A stretch of DNA of 58,602 nucleotides from a virus (lineage: Duplodnaviria > Caudoviricetes). Position 1 is the first letter of the stretch, and each line of letters opens with the position of its first letter. The translations under genes were made by a program, and so were the position numbers. The DNA lies in the IMG/VR virus record IMGVR_UViG_3300006893_000009, positions 1 through 58,602 of that record, one strand, 5' to 3'. Below the pieces are notes generated by a model. It was given only the letters and a program-made list of their open reading frames with translations. It ran no database searches and had not been told where the DNA came from. This document shows, in pieces, positions 16,843 to 25,603 of this stretch.

Positions 16843-17025
16843 TCAAATAATATCCCACGCATGTCCATGTTCACATCTTAGACGTTGCGTGCCACACTTA
16901 GGGCAAGATGGATGTACTGACATTTCCAGAATAAGTTGTCGTGCCTCTCTAAGCTCTTTTTCCAATGTAGCTAAAAGTTGCACGATTGATTTGGGTGTTT
17001 CTTTCAACTCCACACCCACCCACAC
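16843..17025 (-). CDS. Small Zn-ribbon protein
   Basis: CPKCG..CEHGH. Confidence 0.5.
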   Translation of the reverse strand: MWVGVELKETPKSIVQLLATLEKELREARQLILEMSVHPSCPKCGTQRLRCEHGHAWDII

Positions 17026-17186
17026 ATACAGACAATCTTCACATCCGGCGCACCCTTATCGAGATGCTTGCCACATTGCGGGCAATTCCTCTCAGCGTAA
17101 AAGGAACCAAACTCAGGAGTCACAACGGTTGTCTGGTCATTGTTGCCTTCAAACTTAGCCATCTTGGGTTCGTTGTAAACTACCAT
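17004..17186 (-). CDS. Small Zn-ribbon protein
   Basis: CPQCG..CMCGW. Confidence 0.5.
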   Translation of the reverse strand: MVVYNEPKMAKFEGNNDQTTVVTPEFGSFYAERNCPQCGKHLDKGAPDVKIVCMCGWVWS

Positions 17187-18022
17187 TATCCAATCTCCCC
17201 TATACCCTTAATCTGAAGGTATTCTTCCCGTGGCTTAAACTTCGTTTTCCGAATCTCATCTGACCATCCATAAGTGTGGGGAAGATAAAACTCACACTCA
17301 CCCCATGTATAGCATTGCTCCGTGGAAGATGGCCAAGGCTTGTCTCCAAACTTTTGGCGATACAACTCAATCGTATCTGCGATAGTAGCTAAGTCTAATA
17401 ACGCCTTATCAATTTGCTCCTGCGTCCGCTCAAGCTTCTGACGGTCAGGAAAGTATGGCGGCTTCTCTCCAGCCGGACTCTGACGCACAAGGATATTCAC
17501 ATAGAAATTGTCAATCTGTTCGTTGGGCCTAAGCTGTCTCTCAGCCCAAAGATACAAACTCGCTTGTGCTCTTGCAGCCCACTTCTGAGGCTGATTACTC
17601 TTGGATGACCTGTTCTGTGTCTTATGGTCAATGATATCCAAATGTTCAGTGATATGTGAGCGCACAGTTAAGTCAATCTTCCCAATGGCGAAGTGATGCG
17701 AGTTAGGGATGGGCAACCTAAACACATGCTCGACATCCACAACCTCAAACTCTTCAGCCGGATAGTGAGCTTTGTATAGGTTAATCATCTCGACAGCCTC
17801 CACCTCTAATGGGTCTATGCCGCTAGGTGGATACCGCCAATTGATACACTCCTTGAGATAGTGCTCCTCAAGCAATTCGTGCTCCCTTGCACCAAACTGC
17901 AAAGGTGTGTAAATCTCAGACTTGCTTATCTTCTCAAGACCTGTTCCTTCCTTCTCATACTTCTCTTGATAAAGATACGGACAAGTCATAAAAGCATTGG
18001 CCCTACTATTGTCTATGTCGAT
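17186..18022 (-). CDS. PD-(D/E)XK (Cas4/RecB-like) exonuclease; probable non-AUG start
   Basis: DNSRANAFMTCP, G..H, E, GKID, IIDHKT, Q..LY, C-terminal C..C..C. Confidence 0.8.
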   Translation of the reverse strand: MDIDNSRANAFMTCPYLYQEKYEKEGTGLEKISKSEIYTPLQFGAREHELLEEHYLKECINWRYPPSGIDPLEVEAVEMINLYKAHYPAEEFEVVDVEHVFRLPIPNSHHFAIGKIDLTVRSHITEHLDIIDHKTQNRSSKSNQPQKWAARAQASLYLWAERQLRPNEQIDNFYVNILVRQSPAGEKPPYFPDRQKLERTQEQIDKALLDLATIADTIELYRQKFGDKPWPSSTEQCYTWGECEFYLPHTYGWSDEIRKTKFKPREEYLQIKGIGEIG

Positions 18023-18032
18023 GACATCACCT

Positions 18033-18830
18033 CTATTCGTTGCAGGAATACATTTTTGATGTTACTTTACCATTAAGATTGTAATTGGAGAATGGTTCCT
18101 TAATCTTCCCCGAAAGAATCGCATCACGCATTGCCACGCGCAAACCATTCTTGTACTGCTTCTTTTCATTTTTATGCCGGAAGTAATATGTGAAGTCAGA
18201 CTTCTCTTCCCAAGGAATACCGCGCTTCAGCCAGAAATGCTTCTCCTTAGTTATGCTCCAGTCCGCCCCATTCTCCCACCCATTCACCCAGAAGCTTGCT
18301 AAGTTTCCTACAGCAATACGCCTATAATTGGCGTACTTTAACCATCGCAACTGGCGCTTGGATGGCTTAACAGGCATTCTCATTAGACAAAAGTACCTAT
18401 AGAACGAACGCCGTTTCAACTGACAATCTCCAACCTTCAATCCACAACCATTCAATTGAAGGTTCTTCACTTCAGAATTGTGGTATGGAGATATATTCTC
18501 ATGTGCCGCTGAGAAGTGTCTTGGGTCAGGCTTTGGGAATGGCTTGGCATCAGGATGCACGCGCTTAAAAAACAAGAGTATTGGGTTCGTCCACTCTTGA
18601 TGGTGAATCCAGTGCCAGTTCTTTCCAGCACCAACTTCTTCAAGACCTAGCTTATGCAGATTAGCTATTGTTGACGACCCAGCGAATGTCCCAGTAGTAG
18701 TGAACATAAACTCTGTCGGGACGCTATCCAAATCTTCTGACCCAGTTATATAGCCAGCCCTAATTTCAGCAAGGTCAGGAAAGTGAACACAATTCATGTG
18801 TTGACTATCAAAGATAAATGGTGCAGCCAT
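18033..18830 (-). CDS. Hypothetical protein at the end of the ligase operon
   Basis: 265-aa ORF, tightly packed. Confidence 0.7.
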   Translation of the reverse strand: MAAPFIFDSQHMNCVHFPDLAEIRAGYITGSEDLDSVPTEFMFTTTGTFAGSSTIANLHKLGLEEVGAGKNWHWIHHQEWTNPILLFFKRVHPDAKPFPKPDPRHFSAAHENISPYHNSEVKNLQLNGCGLKVGDCQLKRRSFYRYFCLMRMPVKPSKRQLRWLKYANYRRIAVGNLASFWVNGWENGADWSITKEKHFWLKRGIPWEEKSDFTYYFRHKNEKKQYKNGLRVAMRDAILSGKIKEPFSNYNLNGKVTSKMYSCNE

Positions 18831-18832
18831 AT

Positions 18833-19249
18833 CTATCCTTCCTCCTCTTCAAAGATAATTGGTGGAAATATTTCATTTTGAGCATTCGCGTTTGGGATGA
18901 GATATACTGCACCCGGTACTGCAACTTGAAACCCCGCTTGAAGGGGGTTAGCCTGAACAGGAGCAACATTGCCTAGCCCGACTCCATACTTTCCTTGTAA
19001 CAACTTATGATACTTAGACTTGTTCCGCCTTGTCCATTTCGGAACCCTGAGAATATACAAGTTTGTTTTGGGTGGCAAAAACTTCGCCAAGAAAGTAATC
19101 TTTTTAACAGTCTTGACCGAAAGCCAGTCAAATGGTAATGCGATGTTAAAAAGATTCTTGTTAACGAGATGACACATCCGGGCTATGGCGGCTGAACCCG
19201 AATAAATCTCACCGTTATGACTTAAGACATACCGAACCTTGCTTGGCAT
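18833..19249 (-). CDS. Hypothetical protein
   Basis: 138-aa ORF abutting the ATP-grasp gene. Confidence 0.6.
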   Translation of the reverse strand: MPSKVRYVLSHNGEIYSGSAAIARMCHLVNKNLFNIALPFDWLSVKTVKKITFLAKFLPPKTNLYILRVPKWTRRNKSKYHKLLQGKYGVGLGNVAPVQANPLQAGFQVAVPGAVYLIPNANAQNEIFPPIIFEEEEG

Positions 19250-20011
19250 CTATAGAGCCTCAGCCCAATCATGGACACTTTTTGCCAAACGAATCCCGCT
19301 GACACGTTCCAGACTGGAGATGTCTGGCATGGAATTGACTTCAAGGATATATGTCCCATTCGTAGGGTGTACCAGTACATCGACAGCCCCAAAGTCCATT
19401 TTCAAAGTCTTGACAGCCTTAACCGCTTGAAAACACATTTGGGACATCATCAAAAGGTCGTCCCGCTTTTCAGAACGGTATTCCATTGTCTTGAAATTCA
19501 TGACGCTTGGATTCTTGTACTTCTTCTCATAAGCCGCGAACACTTTTTCCTTGTAAACCCACAACCGTAATTCCATCGTGTGTGGTACATAAACAGAGAA
19601 GAATTCTTTCTTACCTTCCTCAACAATCGTTTGCACTTGCGAAAACTTTTCGCACAACTCTATGTCAAGACCCTTTTCGTGGTGGAAGTTCCGTGCGAAC
19701 CAAGGCTTCGACAGCTCGAAAAGCTTGTGGCTCATCAAGGCGACGGCTGGACTAATGAGCTTGGGAATCTTCAATCCCGCTTCGTCAAACAGGAGCATAG
19801 CCTCGAACTTGTTGAAAATATTGACGTTAGCATTGAGAGCCGGGACATTTTTGACATACGCATCACGGGTTGAGCAGCCCCAACACAGGATGCAATCGTA
19901 ATCTTCCTGCTTTGACCGGACTACCTTATGTCCATATTCCTCAAGGTGTGTTTGCATCACCTTGACCCCGGATTCTTCCTTTGCACCACCACGAATGTAA
20001 ATCTTTTTCAT
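19250..20011 (-). CDS. ATP-grasp ligase (RimK/YheCD-like)
   Basis: WG..NK..ELRLWV..AVKTLKMDFGAVDV..ILEVNSMP. Confidence 0.85.
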   Translation of the reverse strand: MKKIYIRGGAKEESGVKVMQTHLEEYGHKVVRSKQEDYDCILCWGCSTRDAYVKNVPALNANVNIFNKFEAMLLFDEAGLKIPKLISPAVALMSHKLFELSKPWFARNFHHEKGLDIELCEKFSQVQTIVEEGKKEFFSVYVPHTMELRLWVYKEKVFAAYEKKYKNPSVMNFKTMEYRSEKRDDLLMMSQMCFQAVKAVKTLKMDFGAVDVLVHPTNGTYILEVNSMPDISSLERVSGIRLAKSVHDWAEAL

Positions 20012-20012
20012 G

Positions 20013-21035
20013 CTAGTTCACCCCTTTTCCTTTGTATGCCTCCCGACGGTCAATCGAAACCAAAAGTGTCCCGCAACCACCTTCATCCTTATTGCAAGAA
20101 AAATTTCCCGCAACTTCTCCCTTCGGAATACGCCATTCCTTGAAGCAATTGGGACACGCTGCTAAATCTGTATCAACCTTGACATTGCCCTTGGTGCGAA
20201 CTTTATTGCGTACATCAGAATCCCACTTCTTTTGTCTATCTTCATATCCTTGGTACGTCATACGAATAGGTTCGTGATAATTTCCCGTCATGGTCTTGAA
20301 TTCGTAGTGCGCTTCATGACCACCCGGCCCCATAATCCAAGCCGTGTTATCAGCCATTGGTGCGAGAGCTGCGTGAGACTTTTCAAGCTGAAACCATACA
20401 CCAAACCTCTTAATATACGGCTTCATGGACTTGTAAACCGCTCCACGCTCTGAAGAGAATGAGAAGAAATTCTCTGTGGAACCCAATATCATTGGCGAGC
20501 CTGACCGAAACAAGAGCATTTTTTTGGGCTGGCGACTATCAAACGCTGCCCCAGAACAACTCCCAGACACCTTATTCAAAGTCTTAATAGCCTTCTCATT
20601 GATACCCGTGCTGTCAATAATGGCTCGAAGAATGTCTGAGTCAACTTCACCCACTCTTGTCAAGTTCAGACTAGAGAAAAGTGAGTCGTCATTGCTCAAA
20701 GTACCATTGTGAATGACAGCACTCTTACCAGCGAACAACGGATGGTTATTGTTGTTGTCCTTCGGTGAACCCTTGGTTGCATAGCGCGTATGAACCAAGG
20801 CTCCCCAAGTGTCTTTCTTCAAATACTTCTCAATGAAGTTCTCATACTCTTTAGTGCCGATGAATTGACAGGCTGGCGTATTGATTTTTAAAACATTCAG
20901 CTTGCCATCAACTTGAGACAGCACCACTCCAGAGGCATCATTACCGCGATGCTCATTGCCGTTAAGCAAGTGAGCAATCATTTCCTCTGTGATAGGTTCG
21001 TCTTTGTACCTAATCACTCCGCCTATGCCGCAAAT
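20013..21035 (-). CDS. Class II (Ntn) glutamine amidotransferase with C-terminal Zn ribbon; probable AUU start
   Basis: CGIGG, HRGNDASG, HTRYATKG, NNHP, HNG, VDSD; GGAGGG SD 7 nt before ATT-TGC. Confidence 0.88.
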   Translation of the reverse strand: MCGIGGVIRYKDEPITEEMIAHLLNGNEHRGNDASGVVLSQVDGKLNVLKINTPACQFIGTKEYENFIEKYLKKDTWGALVHTRYATKGSPKDNNNNHPLFAGKSAVIHNGTLSNDDSLFSSLNLTRVGEVDSDILRAIIDSTGINEKAIKTLNKVSGSCSGAAFDSRQPKKMLLFRSGSPMILGSTENFFSFSSERGAVYKSMKPYIKRFGVWFQLEKSHAALAPMADNTAWIMGPGGHEAHYEFKTMTGNYHEPIRMTYQGYEDRQKKWDSDVRNKVRTKGNVKVDTDLAACPNCFKEWRIPKGEVAGNFSCNKDEGGCGTLLVSIDRREAYKGKGVN

Positions 21036-21039
21036 ATAG

Positions 21040-21126
21040 CTACCCTCCAAGCTCTTTTTGAGCAGTTAAACGTGTCCACTGTTCACTTAGTGCAGTTTCC
21101 GTTCTATGACAGTTGGTACACACCAT
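21040..21126 (-). CDS. 28-aa coupled micro-ORF (not in ORF track)
   Basis: TGATG overlap with the ligase stop; MVCTNCHRTETALSEQWTRLTAQKELGG; stop 4 nt before the GATase ATT. Confidence 0.35.
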   Translation of the reverse strand: MVCTNCHRTETALSEQWTRLTAQKELGG

Positions 21127-22718
21127 CAAAAAGCAACATTCCCATTCACCTCAATTGCTTTCTTTTTGTGCTTCTTAACAATATCGTCTGGCTTCGGTGC
21201 CTCTTGACTCCCAAACTCACCAAGCATGGTTCCGATTAGCTTCTCTTCTGACTTTTTTTTAACCTTGAGGTACTCAGAAGGTTGGATGTCAGCAATCTTT
21301 TCATACGAAGTAATTGGAAAGAGTCCTGATTTGCACAAGAAAGTTTTCCACTTTGCTACGATACCCCGGTCAACTACATAGTTCTTCGCAATATCGGGCG
21401 GAATATAGATTGTTATTCTTTCAGTGTCATGTGTTTGAAGGAAGTGTAGTTTCTTACCGCTGAAAAGCTTTTCAAACTGAGCGCGCACGTTAAAGCCATT
21501 AAATTCATATTTGTCAGGAAGTACGATACCCGCCGACGAACTTGCGAACGTAACTTCAATCCCCTTTGAAAGCAAGCCCGCTGCAACCTCTGGCAGCCCC
21601 GGAACATGTGGTGGAATCTCAATAGGGAACACGTCCGCAGCTAAATGATACGGACTCCACGTTGGCTTAGGAAAATAGAATTCCAACGGAGTTCCTTCCG
21701 TAAGATATTGGAACAATTCATCGCAAGTATCTTCTGTCGGCGCAATGACAGGCGGATAATATCTACGTCCCTTTGCAATAGCTGGCTTTATAACATCTTT
21801 CTTTGTAGAAATCCCCCACGCCTTCTTGAAATCCGCTCCGCTGTACATGGGCATTCCATGTAGATACAATCCCACAAGCGCGATTCTAGCATCATCATCC
21901 ACATTGGCATACGCTCGTAAGAGATTCTCAACTGTCTGCCGACTCGCACCATCAGTAAAAGGATTGGATGCCATAGTCTCATTCAGTTGATGGAACGTAC
22001 AAAGCTTGGCAAGAGTTATTGTAAGAAACGCACTCCACGGTGAGTCTAACCATGTTGGCATGGTACGATATTCAAAGCCATGTGGTTGAAGTCTATAATC
22101 TCCGGGCTTGCCGTAATTTGTGCCACTTTGTCGAGCGAGTGACCCTTGTTTGTCAACCACATTTGTAGCAACAAGAAGCTTCGTTAAATGGTCAAGACTC
22201 GAAAGTGTTGGTTTAATCGCATCTTTCTTCTGTTTCCCAAAGTGAATGTGTCCACCGCATCCATCTGGCGCGCAGAATCCCGGCGCTTTCCAAGCATAGC
22301 TATAAAGTTTTGGGTTGTCATCAACCATATGCCGGAAGCAATCTACGATAGACGCAACAACCTCAAGCACGCTTTTGCTTGGATAAGCACGAATTTCTGC
22401 TTGGCGGCCTGTCATGTCAGCACCAAAAGCTTTAAGCGTATTAAGCCCCAAATTCTTTGTATAAATATAAGGCGTTCCACTTTGCGGATGAGCAAAGACA
22501 AACTCTGGGTCAGCGCCAACACTGAAGCGATTTACATGCCTTGGATTCTCGCTTCGCTTACATTTGGGCGCACCAAAGTATCTATTGCCCCATCGCTTAA
22601 GTATGTCATCTGGCGCAGCAATCCCTTGCTTGTGTGCAAACTCCATAAACTCATCTTTGCTGATTCTATGGTTTATGACCAACTCCATCAAACGTCTTTT
22701 TTCATCAGCGAATTGCAT
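21126..22718 (-). CDS. phiEco32-like COOH-NH2 ligase type 2 (copy 1, with C-terminal extension)
   Basis: GADPEF, AEIRAYP, GGHIHFG, YGKPGDYRLQPHGFEYRT. Confidence 0.88.
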   Translation of the reverse strand: MQFADEKRRLMELVINHRISKDEFMEFAHKQGIAAPDDILKRWGNRYFGAPKCKRSENPRHVNRFSVGADPEFVFAHPQSGTPYIYTKNLGLNTLKAFGADMTGRQAEIRAYPSKSVLEVVASIVDCFRHMVDDNPKLYSYAWKAPGFCAPDGCGGHIHFGKQKKDAIKPTLSSLDHLTKLLVATNVVDKQGSLARQSGTNYGKPGDYRLQPHGFEYRTMPTWLDSPWSAFLTITLAKLCTFHQLNETMASNPFTDGASRQTVENLLRAYANVDDDARIALVGLYLHGMPMYSGADFKKAWGISTKKDVIKPAIAKGRRYYPPVIAPTEDTCDELFQYLTEGTPLEFYFPKPTWSPYHLAADVFPIEIPPHVPGLPEVAAGLLSKGIEVTFASSSAGIVLPDKYEFNGFNVRAQFEKLFSGKKLHFLQTHDTERITIYIPPDIAKNYVVDRGIVAKWKTFLCKSGLFPITSYEKIADIQPSEYLKVKKKSEEKLIGTMLGEFGSQEAPKPDDIVKKHKKKAIEVNGNVAF

Positions 22719-23263
22719 TATACTGGCTCCCCTGTTGCCATTGAACCAATCTTAAGAGCGAAATTGAGCGAGTCTGGTTGCGCAGTTCCATGCATCCACG
22801 CTTCCTCACAAACTGAACTACACATTGGAACACCCCAACACTTCTTGAGTGTTTTGGCATCACAAATCGCACACTTCATATCTCGAAGTAGCAATTGATA
22901 AGCATTGGTCAGCTTACGATAGCAATTATTCTCAGCAGCGTGTGTCTTTCTTGGCGCACAGACACCAGTAACTCTACCACAGCATCTACACTCAGCACAG
23001 GCTGGCTTGTTACCAAGAAACTCAACTGCCCAATAACGGTATTCCCAGTTCTCAAACTTGAGAAGCGTATCGGCAAAGACCATCTCTTGTCTTTGGGTGA
23101 ACCCTTCACCTTGCTTCTTTACGTCACCAGCAATGTGATAGTTAGGGAAACCAACTACCTTTTTCGTCTTGGCTTCAACCAAGAGAATCCGCTTGGGCAA
23201 ACGCTCACCTGCACGCTCATGAGCCTTACGAATTAGCCAGCGCGGGACTTGGAGCACACTCAT
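22718..23263 (-). CDS. Cys-rich Zn-binding hypothetical protein
   Basis: ECRCCG..H..C, CAICD..WGVPMCSSVC. Confidence 0.65.
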   Translation of the reverse strand: MSVLQVPRWLIRKAHERAGERLPKRILLVEAKTKKVVGFPNYHIAGDVKKQGEGFTQRQEMVFADTLLKFENWEYRYWAVEFLGNKPACAECRCCGRVTGVCAPRKTHAAENNCYRKLTNAYQLLLRDMKCAICDAKTLKKCWGVPMCSSVCEEAWMHGTAQPDSLNFALKIGSMATGEPV

Positions 23264-23730
23264 AGATACCCCTTGATGATGTCTGGTGCATTTATTATCG
23301 TGACTCTCTGCCTGAACAACCAGCGATAAGGTTTACACCCCATAGGACGCCTGTGCTGGACTAATTTGTTATCGAACCAGACCAACTGTCGCGGTTCAGA
23401 CTGATAAATCTTGCCTTTGTACTGAATCTCGGTGGGCGAACTGCTAGCCCAAGTGACAATTCCGCAGTTCATGTCAGCACCTTGAGTTGTGTCTCCGTCT
23501 TGGTGCCAATCTTCGGCCTTCTTCGTGTCAAAGGTATACGTCCGCATCTCAGCATGGAGAGCCTTACTAAACCAATCCACTGTTTCCAATGGCCCATGCT
23601 TCGGGTCATAGTGAGGCATGAAGCCAATTGAATAGGTTTCATCAGTAAATAGCTTACCCATTCTCTTGGCGTCCCAATCTGAATCATAACGCGGACTGTA
23701 ATAGCCTAACACAACAAAGGGCTGTTTCAA
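23260..23730 (-). CDS. Putative 2OG-Fe(II) dioxygenase-like (DSBH) protein
   Basis: WHQDG (HxD), distal HRRP and RWLFR. Confidence 0.5.
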   Translation of the reverse strand: MKQPFVVLGYYSPRYDSDWDAKRMGKLFTDETYSIGFMPHYDPKHGPLETVDWFSKALHAEMRTYTFDTKKAEDWHQDGDTTQGADMNCGIVTWASSSPTEIQYKGKIYQSEPRQLVWFDNKLVQHRRPMGCKPYRWLFRQRVTIINAPDIIKGYL

Positions 23731-23754
23731 CTTTATCTCCTAAAGAATTCTTTC
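23731..23754 (-). repeat. 24-bp direct repeat covering an RBS, copy 1
   Basis: CTTTATCTCCTAAAGAATTCTTTC, identical at 25331-25354. Confidence 0.85.
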
Positions 23755-24204
23755 CCAAAGGTCAAAGTGGCCATGATGCTCAATACCGGGAAAAGACCCT
23801 AAAACTTTCCAATCGTTATTAAGCAGGAGAGAAATCTCCTCCTTATTGGCTTCATCAACTGTTGCCATCAACCTTGTAAAACCAACAAGACATGCTGCCT
23901 TAACCTTCAAATTGTTAAGCTCAGTCCCAATTCCCTTCTTACGGAACTCATTCTCAACGTACATATTGTGTGACCAACAAATTGCTTCACACATTGGAGC
24001 TTGTGAAAGCTTAAATTGTGCTACAAACTTTGGTTCCAGGAGTGTTCTCAATGTGGCATTGACGCATCTATCCCCTTCAATCACATACACCGTTAATGTA
24101 TATTGAAAAGACAGGCCGCAACCTTTGAACACTAGTTCCAGTGCCGCTTTAAGTCTATCTCCCATATTCGCGGATATGTCTGCGACGACTTCCATCTCTT
24201 TCAT
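23740..24204 (-). CDS. GNAT-family acetyltransferase
   Basis: YVENEFRKKGIGT (RxxGxG), ATV..N..W. Confidence 0.8.
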   Translation of the reverse strand: MKEMEVVADISANMGDRLKAALELVFKGCGLSFQYTLTVYVIEGDRCVNATLRTLLEPKFVAQFKLSQAPMCEAICWSHNMYVENEFRKKGIGTELNNLKVKAACLVGFTRLMATVDEANKEEISLLLNNDWKVLGSFPGIEHHGHFDLWERIL

Positions 24205-24219
24205 GTTCTCTCCTTAAAG

Positions 24220-24482
24220 AAAAGTGTTGAAGAGGCTGACCCAACATACAGCCTCCCCTCAACATTGGCTCTGACCGTTTATATTCGCGGACGCCCTTAA
24301 CCGTCGCTAAGGTGTCAGTTAGCCAGCTACTTAGCCACCCTAAAGCGGGCTTTCGCCTATTGCCGCTAGGCGTTTGAGCAGATTATTCAGCCGCTCGCAC
24401 ACGCCATGCCCATTACAGGCTTCTGCCAACCTATTGGTTGGACTTAAACTTGTGCAGCTAAGACCCATTATAAGGTGGGTCT
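24220..24482 (-). ncRNA. Unclassified structured RNA B ending in a terminator-like hairpin
   Basis: ORF-free; stems AGCUGC/GUAGCU, CCAACC/GGUUGG, GGC-GAAA-GCC, GGCU..CUGAC/GUCAG.AGCC, GUUGA..GAGGCUG/CAGCCUC.UCAAC followed by UUUUCUUU. Confidence 0.55.
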
Positions 24483-24651
24483 AGTACTTCGGGTCTGGCC
24501 AAACTGTGTCAATATATTTGGCAAGTATCTTCATAACTGCAATCGTGCCCCATTTAAGAGCATAAGCTTGTACAATCTTGAGCATCTTTCGATTTGCTGC
24601 TGCTTTGTCACGCTTAAACCGTGACATTGAAGTGAATTTGTATGCTTTCAT
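24481..24651 (-). CDS. Small basic protein (not in ORF track)
   Basis: MKAYKFTSMSRFKRDKAAANRKMLKIV..; ATGA overlap with GGCT. Confidence 0.5.
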   Translation of the reverse strand: MKAYKFTSMSRFKRDKAAANRKMLKIVQAYALKWGTIAVMKILAKYIDTVWPDPKY

Positions 24652-25151
24652 CCTTCACCGCCCATCTCAAAATCACCACCAATCTCATATTCAGGAAACA
24701 AGTAATCATCCCTGTCAGACTTCAACGAAATGTTTGGCGGGTCTTGCTCAAAGCATCCACCCGGAATCGCGCTTGCATAAGCCATCCCCGGATACGTATG
24801 TTCATAAACCCACGCTGGCACTACGCCTTCAACAATGCTCGCATCCTCAGCGAACACATTCACATCCACCATCTTGCGCGTATAGGTAAACCCATTGTTT
24901 TCAAGGTAATCCAGCCACGGCCAAAGATACGTCGGCACCCTGAACAGTTCCCCATAAGCTATCTGGGAAACATCTTTCTCAAATCTCAAACCCACGCCAC
25001 CTCCAATGGGTCTTAGACTAGCGCCTTCTATGGCTGCAAGTCCAATAAACTGTGCTTGATGCTTCTCAAGGTCAAGCTGGAACCCGCGCTTGAGTATTCC
25101 GTAAACAAATAAATTCTCATGCTTGTATGTATCTTTGTCGTATTGTGTCAT
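24648..25151 (-). CDS. Gamma-glutamylcyclotransferase (AIG2-like)
   Basis: LFVYGILKRG, YGELF, LDYLE..Y.R, AWVY. Confidence 0.85.
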   Translation of the reverse strand: MTQYDKDTYKHENLFVYGILKRGFQLDLEKHQAQFIGLAAIEGASLRPIGGGVGLRFEKDVSQIAYGELFRVPTYLWPWLDYLENNGFTYTRKMVDVNVFAEDASIVEGVVPAWVYEHTYPGMAYASAIPGGCFEQDPPNISLKSDRDDYLFPEYEIGGDFEMGGEG

Positions 25152-25330
25152 CGTTGTATCCCATGAGACGGATTGCGCTTTGCTGGCACGCTGTACTCCA
25201 CCTTAGGGCACTCTTGGCCACACTGAATTTCTTCGGTAAGCACCCTTTCACAAAGCGCAAGCTTGGCTGTACGTGGCATAACCTTCTCAAACATGCCATG
25301 TTGTTCGCACATGAATTCAAAAATTGGCAC
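25148..25330 (-). CDS. FmdB-like zinc-ribbon protein
   Basis: MPIFEFMCEQHGMFE..C..CG. Confidence 0.7.
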   Translation of the reverse strand: MPIFEFMCEQHGMFEKVMPRTAKLALCERVLTEEIQCGQECPKVEYSVPAKRNPSHGIQR

Positions 25331-25354
25331 CTTTATCTCCTAAAGAATTCTTTC
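25331..25354 (-). repeat. 24-bp direct repeat covering an RBS, copy 2
   Basis: Identical to 23731-23754. Confidence 0.85.
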
Positions 25355-25599
25355 GCCGCTGAGCGTAGGGTTGTGTCCAGTCCTAATGCTCATTGAGGCC
25401 CGGATGTACATACCACAACGCTTCAACACGGGCCTCAATGCTTAGTGACCCGCTCCGCGCCGCTTAACGGTATATTACATTGTACCTTAACTTGCATAGT
25501 GACAATACGCTGTCAGTCTCCCGACCAACATCGACCCATATAGGGCCGCTGCTATACCACCACCGTTAGGACGCGTTTGCATCCTATCCAGCGGCGAAA
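25351..25599 (-). ncRNA. Unclassified structured RNA A (~250 nt)
   Basis: Closed by perfect 11-bp UUUCGCCGCUG/CAGCGGCGAAA; internal 12-bp CAUUGAGGCCCG/CGGGCCUCAAUG, AGGAUGC/GCGUCCU, UAACGGU/ACCGUUA, GUC-GGGA-GAC, UGACA/UGUCA. Confidence 0.65.
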
Positions 25600-25603
25600 C
25601 TTG

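Noticed and set aside
22188-22898. 236-aa plus-strand ORF and the many other antisense or overlapping ORFs in the track
   Set aside because: They lie opposite motif-bearing genes within a uniformly oriented arm
24266-24325. tRNA-like reading of the GGCU..AGCCA domain
   Set aside because: No T-loop or D-loop consensus, and the CCA is paired
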